A stretch of 64,000 nucleotides of DNA from Patescibacteria group bacterium (GTDB lineage Bacteria; Patescibacteriota; Minisyncoccia; Phycocordibacterales; SIBU01), in the NCBI GenBank assembly GCA_040390045.1, contig JAZJZC010000001.1, forward strand, positions 36,345-100,344. The letters are read 5' to 3'. The notes beneath the pieces are model-generated. The model was given only the letters and a program-made list of their open reading frames with translations, was not told where the DNA came from and made no database searches. The position numbers and the translations under genes were made by a program. Numbering within the stretch: position 1 is the first letter of the stretch; every line of letters begins with the position of its first letter. Below, in pieces: positions 46,821 through 56,147 of this stretch.

Positions 46821-47076
46821 CGATTCTGAGAAGTGTAGTTAGAAGTCAATCGCAAAAAGAAGCCCTCGAAGGAAGGTCTTAGTCTTAGTGCTTGTCATTG
46901 ACATCGAAACTATCATAAATTGAGTGTACCAAGAGTATTAAAAAAAGCAATTGAGGTGTGGATATCTCAAAAATTTGACTAAACTTTCAAAAGTGGTATT
47001 TTAGTTTGAGCTAGAACAAGACCAACTAAACTTTTGCGACATCATTCGTTCGAGTTGCGTAGGTCGGAAGGAAAAA

Positions 47077-47508
47077 ATGAATCAGCCATTAATCGTCCGC
47101 GAAGAAAGACGCCGGGTGCTCCTTGCAGAGCAACATGTCAGTAACCATGGCGAAATGTTGAACAGGCTTTCAAGTATGTTTACACTCCAATGTGCCCCAA
47201 CCGCAATTGCAGTGCTCGTCCATCTACAGCAAGAACAGCCTGACCTTCTTATCGTGAGCGCCGCAATTCCAAATGCGCACGCCTTTCCAGAAGGAGAAAC
47301 GGCAGACGGATCGAAGACGGTGATTCTGTTGATAAAAGAAATTCGGAGAAAACACCCAGGGTTACCTGTTCTCGTTTACAACGTCGAAGCTGGTCCGCCT
47401 CGCGGTTTTAAACAAGATGCAAAAACCTTCTTTTTCCCTCTCTACCCGACCACAACGAGAGGGCTCTGCGAACGAGCGGCGGAGCTGGCAAGAAACGGCA
47501 AAAATTGA
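47077..47508 (+). CDS. Receiver (REC)-like domain protein lacking the phospho-acceptor Asp (pseudo-receiver), GC-rich
   Basis: Alternating beta/alpha pattern, ...PDLLIVSAAIPNAH... where canonical REC has DLxLxDxxMP. KEIRRKHPGLPVLVY resembles the REC alpha4-beta5 region. Confidence 0.45.
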   Translation: MNQPLIVREERRRVLLAEQHVSNHGEMLNRLSSMFTLQCAPTAIAVLVHLQQEQPDLLIVSAAIPNAHAFPEGETADGSKTVILLIKEIRRKHPGLPVLVYNVEAGPPRGFKQDAKTFFFPLYPTTTRGLCERAAELARNGKN

Positions 47509-47515
47509 AGGTGTT

Positions 47516-47556
47516 GTGGCATTTCGATTCTCATCGAAATGCCACTTTTCTTTTTC
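47516..47556 (+). terminator. Intrinsic terminator
   Basis: gtggcatttcgat-tctc-atcgaaatgccac followed by ttttctttttc. Confidence 0.8.
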
Positions 47557-47596
47557 AAAAGTTGCTAGACCCTACGTATTGGAGTAGCATAAAATC

Positions 47597-49111
47597 ATGG
47601 CAACTATTAAGGAAATAACCAGCTTAATGCAAAACCCCGCCCCTGCTGATATTGCGCTCATTACTAAAGCGTATGTTTTTGCTGAAACGGTTCATGCAAG
47701 CCAAAGACGCATCACCGGCGAACCCTATTTTGACCATCTTTTTGAAACCGCGAAAACACTTGCTGAGCTCGGCATGGGAGCCATTACGATTTCTGCGGGA
47801 CTGCTCCATGATTCTATTGAAGACGTTAATGTCACACCGGAAACAATTGAAGAAAAATTTGGAAAAGAAATTCGATTTTTAGTTGAAGGCGTCACCAAAC
47901 TTGGAAAACTCCATTACAGCGGTAGCGAACGTTACATTGAAAGTTTGAGAAAACTTTGCGTCGCCATGTCGAAAGATGTTCGTGTGCTCATCATCAAACT
48001 TGCCGATCGACTGCATAACATGAAATCGATTGAGGTACTTCCAAAGGAAAAACGTGATCGCATCTCACTCGAAACTCTCGAAATCTACGCTCCACTTGCC
48101 TACCGCATCGGCATCAGAAAAATCAACCGAGAATTGGAAGATTTGGCATTTCCGCATGTTAAACCGGAAGAATATGAAAAGGTAAAAAAATTATTGAAAA
48201 CCAAAAGCCACGAAAAAGTGCGCCACTTGGAAAAATTTCATAAATCGATAATGAGTCAACTTGCCTTGGCGGGAATGCGAAACGTCAAAACCAGTTACCG
48301 ACTGAAGGGTCTCTACAGTCTCTACCGAAAATTACTTCGCAAAGAATGGGACATAGAAAAAATTTACGACATTTCAGCACTAAGAATTATCGTGCCGACC
48401 GTGAGCGATTGTTATGCCGTTCTCGGTCTCATCCATAGCATTTGGAGACCGCTACCCGGGCGTATCAAGGATTACATCGCTCTGCCAAAATCAAACAATT
48501 ATCGAGGCATTCACACCACCATCTTCACCGGCGACGGTGGCATTCTTGAAGTGCAGATCCGAACTGAAGAAATGCACCGCAAAACTGAATACGGTATGCA
48601 CTTTGAATACAAAGAAATTATCAACAACCCAAAACCAAACTTCGGCAGTATTTCCTGGGTTAAGAAATTTTTCCCTTCGTTTATTTTAACCAACAACGAA
48701 ATCAAAAATGAACAGCAAAATCCGGAAAAAATCGTTCCGTCATGGATTCGAGAATTGGGAGAATACAATAAAGAAGTAGCGGGCACAGACAATCTCGTAG
48801 AAGATTTAAAAACTGACTTTTTCGGCGATCGCGTATTCACCTTCACACCAAAAGGTGACGTGATCGACTTGCCACTTGATTCGAGCACTATCGATTTTGC
48901 CTACGCTGTCCATTCCGACATCGGTGATCACATTTCGGGAGCCAAGGTCAATGGAAAATTGGTCTCGATAGAAACCATATTGAAAAATGGCGATATTGTG
49001 GAAGTTGTTACAAAACAAAGTTCTCGCCCAAGTCTCAAGTGGCTTGAGGTGGCGAAAACTGCGCTAGCAAAAAAGAAAATAAAGGACTATCTTGAGTCGG
49101 AGAAGAAGTAA
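47597..49111 (+). CDS. rel: Short bifunctional RelA/SpoT-homolog (HD hydrolase, (p)ppGpp synthetase, TGS; no ACT domain)
   Basis: HD motif (HASQRRITGEPYFDHLF...LLHDSIED). Synthetase (RIIVPTVSDCYAVLGLIHSIWRPLPGRIKDYIALPKSNNYRGIHTTI). TGS (FTFTPKGDVIDLP...DFAYAVHSDIG). Confidence 0.9.
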   Translation: MATIKEITSLMQNPAPADIALITKAYVFAETVHASQRRITGEPYFDHLFETAKTLAELGMGAITISAGLLHDSIEDVNVTPETIEEKFGKEIRFLVEGVTKLGKLHYSGSERYIESLRKLCVAMSKDVRVLIIKLADRLHNMKSIEVLPKEKRDRISLETLEIYAPLAYRIGIRKINRELEDLAFPHVKPEEYEKVKKLLKTKSHEKVRHLEKFHKSIMSQLALAGMRNVKTSYRLKGLYSLYRKLLRKEWDIEKIYDISALRIIVPTVSDCYAVLGLIHSIWRPLPGRIKDYIALPKSNNYRGIHTTIFTGDGGILEVQIRTEEMHRKTEYGMHFEYKEIINNPKPNFGSISWVKKFFPSFILTNNEIKNEQQNPEKIVPSWIRELGEYNKEVAGTDNLVEDLKTDFFGDRVFTFTPKGDVIDLPLDSSTIDFAYAVHSDIGDHISGAKVNGKLVSIETILKNGDIVEVVTKQSSRPSLKWLEVAKTALAKKKIKDYLESEKK

Positions 49112-49131
49112 ATACTATCAATCCAGAAAAA

Positions 49132-49283
49132 CCTCGGGAATCAGATGCAATTCGAGGCGCGAGCGATTTTGCGACTAAAACGTAGGTCGCGTTTCAATGG
49201 ACGGTACGCGACATGATTCCGACAGAATCAACGTTGCAGGAGCAAAATTGTGAAGCAACGAAGAAGTGCGCTGATTCCCGAGG
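49132..49283 (+). ncRNA. Candidate structured RNA element, copy X3, filling the rel-parB convergent intergenic region
   Basis: 152 nt enclosed by a perfect 13-bp closing stem cctcgggaatcag / ctgattcccgagg followed by tttt. The core is ~85-90% identical to X1 over the first ~100 nt. Confidence 0.5.
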
Positions 49284-49285
49284 TT

Positions 49286-50266
49286 TTAGAGGCTAAAGTT
49301 TTTGAGGGAATATAGACTTTCATCTTCCTCCTCCGCTTTAATTTCCTCCTTACTTCTATCGTCAAGTGGAATTTCCGAGTTTGGCGGAACCGCTTCAGAA
49401 CCATCAGGAGATGCCAACAAAGCCTTGACCGCAAGATTTTTAGAATTCATCAAGTCAACAATAACATTGAGGTCTTCGTCGGAAAAGAAATCAATAGTGA
49501 TCTTGCCGCCAACTTCTTTTTTTTCAATCCTCACTCGAGTTCCCAACGACTCCTTCAATTTAGCTTCAAGCGCCAAAAGTTCAGGATCAACATCGGCATT
49601 GTGTTTGCGAACTTTATCGAGCGCGATTTTGCGAGCAATTTGTTCGGCCTCTCGAACCGTTATTTTTTTGATTAAGACTTCCTTAAAAAGAGTGAGTTGT
49701 TCTTCCGGCCGGCCTTCAAGCATAAGGAGTGGTCGCGTATGTCCTTCAGAAATTTTACCTTCGGAAAGCGCATTGAGCATCTCTTCTGGTAGCGCCAGAA
49801 TTCTCAAAGTATTTGAAACATAGACACGGCTCTTCCCTACCTTGTCACCAATTTCGTTGTGCTTAAATTTAAATTCAGTAGCCAATCTCTGAAAAGCCCG
49901 TGCCCGATCAACAGCATTTAAGTCTTCACGTTGTAAATTTTCAATGATGGCAAGCTCCAACTTCTCACGGTCTGTCTGTTCACTCGAACGAATAATAACT
50001 GGGACCTGATCAAGCCCCGCTAACTTCGACGCACGTAATCTTCGCTCACCTGAAATCAATTCGTACTCAACCAAAAGCCCTCCTTCCTCTTTCATTTTTT
50101 CATGCCGAGTAACCACAAGCGGTTGAAGTACGCCATACATTTTTATCGAATCAGCTAAATCGCGAAGTTTGGCTTCATCGAATTCATGTCGCGGCTGATA
50201 TGGATTTGGATAAATTTTAGTGACGTCTATCCAGAAAATTGAATCGCTAAAAAATTGTGAAGGCAT
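49286..50266 (-). CDS. parB: Chromosome partitioning protein ParB
   Basis: ParB box (VLQPLVVTRHE...ELISGERRLRASKLAGL), HTH, C-terminal dimerisation region. Confidence 0.9.
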   Translation of the reverse strand: MPSQFFSDSIFWIDVTKIYPNPYQPRHEFDEAKLRDLADSIKMYGVLQPLVVTRHEKMKEEGGLLVEYELISGERRLRASKLAGLDQVPVIIRSSEQTDREKLELAIIENLQREDLNAVDRARAFQRLATEFKFKHNEIGDKVGKSRVYVSNTLRILALPEEMLNALSEGKISEGHTRPLLMLEGRPEEQLTLFKEVLIKKITVREAEQIARKIALDKVRKHNADVDPELLALEAKLKESLGTRVRIEKKEVGGKITIDFFSDEDLNVIVDLMNSKNLAVKALLASPDGSEAVPPNSEIPLDDRSKEEIKAEEEDESLYSLKNFSL

Positions 50267-50378
50267 TGAAAATGTAAATATTAAAAGGAAAACTTAAAAA
50301 GTCTTACGGATATAATAACACACAACGTTGGGCCCTAAAATTGATTTTTGTGCATAATTTTATTAGACTGTAGGTTCA

Positions 50379-50460
50379 TGCCGGAGTGGCGGAATTGGTA
50401 TACGCATACGACTCAAAATCGTACGGGGAAACCCATGAGAGTTCAAGTCTCTCCTCCGGC
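50379..50460 (+). tRNA. tRNA-Leu (anticodon CAA), class II with long variable arm
   Basis: GCCGGAGTGGCGGAATTGGTATACGCATACGACTCAAAATCGTACGGGGAAACCCATGAGAGTTCAAGTCTCTCCTCCGGCA. Anticodon loop CTCAAAA, T-loop GAGAGTTCAAGTCTCTC. Confidence 0.85.
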
Positions 50461-50667
50461 ACAATTTCTTGGAAATTGTGTGGAGAGGAAGTGTGGGACA
50501 CTTCCGTGAGAGACTTGAAGCCCGATTGCGCTTTTTATGGAGCGTCTGCGCGAACAGAAAAACCAATCGGGGTACTGTTCCTGTAAGGAAAAAGTCTCTC
50601 CTCGAATGCGAGAACTAATCGTTAAATTTCGTTTGTAATATCGTGCCCACCGTGTTAATTTCTTGCC

Positions 50668-51582
50668 ATGAACCCCAAACTCATCGTGATTCTCGGCCCA
50701 ACCGCTACAGGTAAAAGTGCGTTGGCTGTCAGTATAGCTAAAAAAAATCATGGCGAAATAATTTCCGCCGACTCGCGACAAGTCTACACGGGGTTAAATA
50801 TCGGCACCGGAAAAATCACAAAAAAAGAAATGGACGGAGTGCCACATCACCTCATTGATGTGGTGACACCTGATACACGATTTAGTGTAGAAGAGTTTGG
50901 AAAGCTGGCCCGGGAAAAAATTTCAGAAATTTTTTCCCGGGGAAACCTCCCCATCCTCTGCGGAGGCACTGGCTTTTATATTGAAGCCATAACCGAAAAC
51001 ATCAGCCTGCCAAGAGTTTCACCCAATGAAGTCTTGCGAGAAAAGTTAAAAACCGAAACCGCTGAAACCCTGTTTGCACAGCTTCTGAAACTCGATCCGG
51101 CCCGCGCCAAATCAATCGACCCTAAAAATTCCCGCCGAATTATCCGAGCTATCGAAATTGCTACTGCAATCGGAAAAGTTCCACCATTAAATCTTAACCG
51201 TTCAGACACAAAGGTCGAACCTTTGTACGAAACTCTCAAAATCGGTTTGACACTGCCCCCAGAAAAATTGAGAAAGAAAATTACCATTCGCCTATTCGCA
51301 CGAATGGACGAAGGAATGATTGGGGAAGCAAAATCCTTGCATCAGCAAGGCATCTCGTGGGAAAGAATGGATGAGCTGGGTCTTGAATATCGCTATCTCG
51401 CAAAATATCTCAAGGGTGATATGACTGAACCTGAAATGTTAAAAAAACTGGAAACTGAAATCTGGCGTTACGCCAAGCGTCAGATGACGTGGTTTAAACG
51501 AGACAAATCAATTCAATGGTTTAAGCCGAACGACGAACGTAAAATAGAAAGCGTAGTTAAAAATTTCCTAATCAACAAATAA
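50668..51582 (+). CDS. miaA: tRNA dimethylallyltransferase
   Basis: ILGPTATGKSALAV P-loop, ISADSRQVYTGLNIGTGK, LIDVV. Confidence 0.9.
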   Translation: MNPKLIVILGPTATGKSALAVSIAKKNHGEIISADSRQVYTGLNIGTGKITKKEMDGVPHHLIDVVTPDTRFSVEEFGKLAREKISEIFSRGNLPILCGGTGFYIEAITENISLPRVSPNEVLREKLKTETAETLFAQLLKLDPARAKSIDPKNSRRIIRAIEIATAIGKVPPLNLNRSDTKVEPLYETLKIGLTLPPEKLRKKITIRLFARMDEGMIGEAKSLHQQGISWERMDELGLEYRYLAKYLKGDMTEPEMLKKLETEIWRYAKRQMTWFKRDKSIQWFKPNDERKIESVVKNFLINK

Positions 51583-51610
51583 AATAAATCTCCTTCTCAG
51601 TATCCAGATA

Positions 51611-51644
51611 CTATTCTCTAATTCGCGCGAATTAGAGAATAGAA
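51611..51644. promoter_or_regulatory. 34-bp perfect palindrome containing the 18-bp core CTAATTCGCGCGAATTAG (second copy at 51904-51921)
   Basis: ctattctctaattcgcg|cgcgaattagagaatag. It overlaps the last codons of the ArsR-like gene. No T-run follows. Confidence 0.6.
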
Positions 51645-51892
51645 ATAAGATATTTAATAATTGGTGGTAGTGGGTTAGAAATTTTGTAAAACATTTGCAA
51701 ACGAACCTGCTCTTTTTCAAGAATCTCTGACGCGTACAAGATCTGTAAATGTTTAGAGGTAGACGTAAAGGATAGTTTGATATTTTCTGAAATCTCACCC
51801 ACTGAAGCTGCTTTTTTCTTCTTAAGAAAAACTAAAATCGCGAGCCTTCGTTTATTTGCAACTGCCTTAAGTTGTTTTTCAAGTTTATACAT
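51632..51892 (-). CDS. ArsR/SmtB-family winged-helix transcriptional regulator (86 aa)
   Basis: LKAVANKRRLAILVFLKKKKAASVGEISENIKLSFTSTSKHLQILYASEIL matches the ArsR HTH pattern. Confidence 0.7.
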   Translation of the reverse strand: MYKLEKQLKAVANKRRLAILVFLKKKKAASVGEISENIKLSFTSTSKHLQILYASEILEKEQVRLQMFYKISNPLPPIIKYLISIL

Positions 51893-51903
51893 TTTACTAT
51901 TTT

Positions 51904-51921
51904 CTAATTCGCGCGAATTAG
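51904..51921. promoter_or_regulatory. Operator palindrome CTAATTCGCGCGAATTAG overlapping the ArsR-like gene promoter
   Basis: Perfect 18-bp palindrome 12 bp upstream of the start codon. Identical core to 51618-51635. Confidence 0.6.
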
Positions 51922-52080
51922 CAAGTAAACAGCTCTTTGGTATAGATGCGGGAGATGGAGGAATCGGACCTCCGACCAGCGTTTTGGAGACGCTTATTAT
52001 GCCACTTAACTAATCTCCCGTGAAAGAAATATAGCACAAAAGTGACGAGTCGCCAAAATGAGCAGACTATTCTAAATTTT

Positions 52081-52112
52081 TAAAAATAAAAATCCGCGTT
52101 TAGGCGGATTTC
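52081..52112 (-). terminator. Intrinsic terminator for rpmG
   Basis: aaatccgcg-tttag-gcggattt. On the minus strand it is followed by ttatttttA. Confidence 0.7.
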
Positions 52113-52121
52113 TATTTTGAA

Positions 52122-52280
52122 TTATTTCTTTGCCTCTTTATGAGGAAGATGTTTCTTACACCACTTACACCACTTCTTGAGCTCAATTTTACGCTCAACA
52201 AGCTTCTTATTTTTTTCAGACCAATAGTTGGTGCGTTTGCACTTGGAACAATTCAGTTTAATTAAGCGTTCTTGGGACAT
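52122..52280 (-). CDS. rpmG: 50S ribosomal protein L33 (52 aa), below the ORF-track cutoff
   Basis: Hand translation: MSQERLIKLNCSKCKRTNYWSEKNKKLVERKIELKKWCKWCKKHLPHKEAKK. The C4 zinc-ribbon spacing is typical of L33. Confidence 0.8.
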   Translation of the reverse strand: MSQERLIKLNCSKCKRTNYWSEKNKKLVERKIELKKWCKWCKKHLPHKEAKK

Positions 52281-52393
52281 AAATGGTTTTTAGCACTAAA
52301 AATATGAATAGGAGAAGGATACCAGAAATAGAAAAAAAGGCAACTTTTCTGTGACAATCTGTCCGCCGCGGCGGATTCCGCTTGGTTTTCCAT

Positions 52394-52428
52394 ACAAGAA
52401 AAAACCGCTCCGATTTGCATCGGAGCGG
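52394..52428 (-). terminator. Intrinsic terminator for the 52455-53348 gene
   Basis: ccgctccgat-ttgc-atcggagcgg. On the minus strand it is followed by ttttttcttg. Confidence 0.7.
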
Positions 52429-52454
52429 GGTGTAAACTTTGGTACGCGTCTCCT

Positions 52455-53348
52455 TTAAAGGCCCACACGCTTAAACTTCGGGAAAGTCCCCTCCGGCCAC
52501 CCAAAGGTGACGTAGTAGTTCCCTTGTGGAAAACTAAAAACCTCTTGTGCCGGGTCTGGCGGTCCGAGAGGAATCGAGCCTGACCACTTTTTTCCCACTC
52601 CCGCCACCCGCCACTGGAAACTTGTGGCAACGGCCACGATTTCACCTTGCCGATTGAGCATTGTTGCCCGAAGCACAAGTGTTCGTTCCTGCGACAGTGC
52701 GAGTGTGAGAAGCGGCGAATTTTCTTCGCCTTGCCAGACCGACGCCCCGAACCCAGCGATATCGCCAGTTGGAATACCTTCGTCCGAACTTACAACAACG
52801 CCGCGAATGTGAGAGGGGAAGTTTTGCTTTACGAGCATCACCTGCCCTCGCCGTTCAGGGGGATTAATTGGAAAACCATTTCCCCCTCCTCCCCCACCGC
52901 CATCGAAATTTGGCACGAGGGATCGGAAGCTAGAGAGCCGGAGCTCTCCCTGTTGCATCGGCATTTGCCAACCCGACCACGGATTGAACTCGGGACGGTA
53001 GGTATGATTGCCGTCAAAGACTGCGCGCCCGAAGCAGTCCCGAAGAGCGGTGTCGATAGTGACGCCGTTGTCCGCAGGTTTGATAATCAGGAAGTTTAAA
53101 ATTTGGATGTTAAGGTGATTTAAAACCTCAACACCACCCTGATTACCGCTGACGTGCGCGAATGTCCCACCACCCCGGAAGGGTTTGACCGCCGGCCCGT
53201 AGGCTTGGATGCTTCCGGAGACGACAGTGTCCAGAGCGGCGGCCGCGGCCTCCGCATACAGCATCTGCCTAGTGGGCAGACCAACGATTTGGGCCGTGGC
53301 GGTGGCGGTGAAGGCGAGCAAGCTCGCAACGAAACAGAGTATTTTCAT
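52455..53348 (-). CDS. Secreted hypothetical protein (signal peptide, Gly-rich linker), moderately GC-rich
   Basis: MKILCFVASLLAFTATATAQ signal. FDGGGGGGGNGFP linker. Confidence 0.55.
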   Translation of the reverse strand: MKILCFVASLLAFTATATAQIVGLPTRQMLYAEAAAAALDTVVSGSIQAYGPAVKPFRGGGTFAHVSGNQGGVEVLNHLNIQILNFLIIKPADNGVTIDTALRDCFGRAVFDGNHTYRPEFNPWSGWQMPMQQGELRLSSFRSLVPNFDGGGGGGGNGFPINPPERRGQVMLVKQNFPSHIRGVVVSSDEGIPTGDIAGFGASVWQGEENSPLLTLALSQERTLVLRATMLNRQGEIVAVATSFQWRVAGVGKKWSGSIPLGPPDPAQEVFSFPQGNYYVTFGWPEGTFPKFKRVGL

Positions 53349-53483
53349 AACTGAGTAAACTGACTAACTGATTGAATGTCGAAGGCCAATCAAAAACGCT
53401 CGAACAGCAAGCGTTTATCAGACCAAGCCATACTATACACTAATTTGACAAGATGTCAAATATATTCTATGGCTAAATAAAAG

Positions 53484-54731
53484 TTACTGACCTAGTTCTT
53501 TAACAAAATTTTGGAATAATTCCCCTTTCTCCTCAAAGTTCCTCCACAAACTATAGCTTGGTGAGGCGGTCGAGAGCAGGCAGATAGTGCCTTTGGGAGT
53601 ATTATCATACGCAAAAACCAACGCCATTTTCATGTCGTCAGTGGCAAAAATTTTCGGCACACTCAAACCCATTTCAGTTGAAACTTTTTTAAGCGCCTTT
53701 AGTATTCGTGCCCCGCTTTCTGGAAACAAAACTACCGCGCCGATTCCCTTTTCAAAAATTTTCTGCGCTAGCAAATCAAAATTGTATCCCCTATCCGTTC
53801 CGCCAAGAAAAATAGTACCTACGTGTGACAAGGCTTCGATACCGGCGATGGTTGATTCAGGCGTCGTCGAAATAGCATCATCATAAAACGTAATACCTTT
53901 GAAAGTTCCAACTTTTTCAAGTCGGTGTGGAAGAGGTTTAAATTCACGAACAGCTTTTTCAATAACTGCGTCATTAACGCCGAGAATCCGCGCGGCCGCG
54001 GCGGCCGCGCGGACATTATCCACATTATGCTTCCCCAAAAGCGGAATTATTTCTGAAACAAAGGGCAACTTTTCCATGAAAGGCACCGCCACACCTCGCC
54101 CTTCTTTTGCCAACTTCTTTAGCTCTTCAAAATCTGAGTTGTAGACAAAATAATCTTTTTCCGTTTGAAAAGAAATAATATTTTTCTTAGCACTCCAATA
54201 ATTTTCAAGCCCACCATGGTAATCCAAATGATCTGGGAAAAAGTTAATGAAAACCGCAACATGGGGTGAGAGCCGCAAATCTTCGAGTTGATAACTCGAC
54301 AATTCACAAACATAGATTCTGTCTTTAGGCTCTTCAATCAAAAGTTCATTGAGCATTGGTATCCCAATATTGCCCACGAGCCTCACATCTTTGCCATCAA
54401 CCTTCAGCATTTCGAAAATAAGAGAAGTCGTTGTACTTTTACCTTTAGTCCCGGTGACGCCAACAACTTTGCATTTCGTATTGGCGAAAAAAATATTAGT
54501 GGCCGTAGTATATTTCTGCGAAACTTTTCCTCCAGGAATTCCCGCGGTTTTTACAACCAGATCGTAGTCTTTCAATTTTTCAAGATAGTCTGGCCCATCT
54601 TTCTGATCAACAATGCCGATTTCTTTTTCAGGAAAAAAATGCTTTAGAAAACGAAGTGTCGCCTGCCCTTCGACTCCAAAACCTAAAATAGCTATTTTTT
54701 TATCTCTCAGTTCTGAAATTTTCATAGGCAA
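53484..54731 (-). CDS. murD: UDP-N-acetylmuramoyl-L-alanine--D-glutamate ligase (Mur ligase, MurD-type)
   Basis: KIAILGFGVEGQA Rossmann N-domain, GVTGTKGKSTTT P-loop, DDAISTTPESTIAGIEAL C-terminal domain. Confidence 0.8.
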   Translation of the reverse strand: MPMKISELRDKKIAILGFGVEGQATLRFLKHFFPEKEIGIVDQKDGPDYLEKLKDYDLVVKTAGIPGGKVSQKYTTATNIFFANTKCKVVGVTGTKGKSTTTSLIFEMLKVDGKDVRLVGNIGIPMLNELLIEEPKDRIYVCELSSYQLEDLRLSPHVAVFINFFPDHLDYHGGLENYWSAKKNIISFQTEKDYFVYNSDFEELKKLAKEGRGVAVPFMEKLPFVSEIIPLLGKHNVDNVRAAAAAARILGVNDAVIEKAVREFKPLPHRLEKVGTFKGITFYDDAISTTPESTIAGIEALSHVGTIFLGGTDRGYNFDLLAQKIFEKGIGAVVLFPESGARILKALKKVSTEMGLSVPKIFATDDMKMALVFAYDNTPKGTICLLSTASPSYSLWRNFEEKGELFQNFVKELGQ

Positions 54732-56038
54732 TGGTTAAAATCCGCAGGAAGTAATGAAGTAGCGTTTTTTTCGAGCAACGTTTCGCGACTCATTTTAATT
54801 TCTGGAAAAACTTTTTCAAAATGTGCAACAAACTCATGCATAATCACATCCCCCTCATAGCCACCTTTTTGTCGAGCTAAATAAAAGGCCAATTGGGTTT
54901 CTTCAGGTGTTCCAACGCAATCAAAAGGTTTAATCTCCTCGAGCCCCAAAAGTTCTCGATAGGTTTTCTGTAAAGACTTTTCGGCGAAAAGATTTTTTCC
55001 GAAAATCTTTAGAACTTCTGCCTTCGGCACAAACGCTGAGAGCAAAGCAAAAACAAACGCGCACTTTGGACACTCGCCACACCAGAGCCCGTGTTCTGTT
55101 TTCTCAATTTTAAAATTCTTATTACAACTGGAAAAACTTTCAAAATAGTGTGGATACTTTGAAAAAAATTCAACAATTTTTATTTCATGAAATGCGCGGA
55201 TAAAAGAAAAATAGATAATAGACGGCGTTACAAAATTCGCCAAATATTGCTGAAGCATTTTTTCAAACTCATGTGATTTACTCCACTGGTGATTGATGTA
55301 TTCGCCCAAATATTCCATGTTGCCATAGTTGGCACTCTCTTCATTTGAAATTAACACAGAATCGTAGCCATATAGGAGTGCAGCCAAAACAGCCGTCGTT
55401 GAATAGATACAGGAAATTGGTACATGGCCGTTGTAAACATCTGTACGCTGGTTAAGTTCAAACAATTGCGGATCAATCTCACGCCTTACAATCAAAAGAC
55501 TTTTTCCTGCAATCCCTGCAACTTTTTTCTGAATCTCATATTCATTTAGTGAAAACAGGTCAAATTCTTTCCCACAACTTTTTAATAACTCAGTCGTCAC
55601 AATTGAATCCTTACCGCCGCCCCAGAGCACAAGAGATTTCCCCACTTTTGGCAAAACCTCTACCTTTTGTTTTTGTACGTCACTAACTGGAAAATTAACC
55701 AGACCTCGAAAATCAATGTTGTTTTTATAAAAAAATTCGCCCAACCCCTTCGTATAGACTGTGTTCCAAAACTTGGCCTGTTCAGGAGAAAGTTTGATGG
55801 TTTCTAACTTTATTTCCTTCGAACAAAAAAGTTTCCAGTAACTGATACCTAAAATCAAGAACAGCGTGTCAAAAGCGGCTGTCAAAACGGCTTCAGGTGC
55901 TCGTGTGAAATCCGCACGAGCTGGATCGAAAGATATTTTTTCCACAAAAGAAAACTGCTCGTCATCGTGAACGAGTTCATACGTAAAATGCACGGTCGCC
56001 GCCTCCCTATTGATTTTGTAGCTTTTGAAGGTAAACAT
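54722..56038 (-). CDS. murD-adjacent conserved unknown (438 aa) with a PP-loop-like LVLWGGGKDS motif and C-terminal CGECPKC. Candidate MurL-type epimerase (inference)
   Basis: Overlaps the murD start by 10 nt, which suggests an operon. No confident family recognised from sequence. Confidence 0.45.
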   Translation of the reverse strand: MFTFKSYKINREAATVHFTYELVHDDEQFSFVEKISFDPARADFTRAPEAVLTAAFDTLFLILGISYWKLFCSKEIKLETIKLSPEQAKFWNTVYTKGLGEFFYKNNIDFRGLVNFPVSDVQKQKVEVLPKVGKSLVLWGGGKDSIVTTELLKSCGKEFDLFSLNEYEIQKKVAGIAGKSLLIVRREIDPQLFELNQRTDVYNGHVPISCIYSTTAVLAALLYGYDSVLISNEESANYGNMEYLGEYINHQWSKSHEFEKMLQQYLANFVTPSIIYFSFIRAFHEIKIVEFFSKYPHYFESFSSCNKNFKIEKTEHGLWCGECPKCAFVFALLSAFVPKAEVLKIFGKNLFAEKSLQKTYRELLGLEEIKPFDCVGTPEETQLAFYLARQKGGYEGDVIMHEFVAHFEKVFPEIKMSRETLLEKNATSLLPADFNHCL

Positions 56039-56147
56039 GCCTTGAGTAAACGTTATGGTATCATATTATTCAATGTTAAAAAGTCTGTTTCAAAAATGGC
56101 GTCACTGGCGTTTTCCCTACATTCCACTTGTCGAAATTACGATAAAC

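Noticed and set aside
50386-50586. 66-aa plus-strand ORF
   Set aside because: It overlaps tRNA-Leu(CAA) at 50379-50460, so it is spurious.
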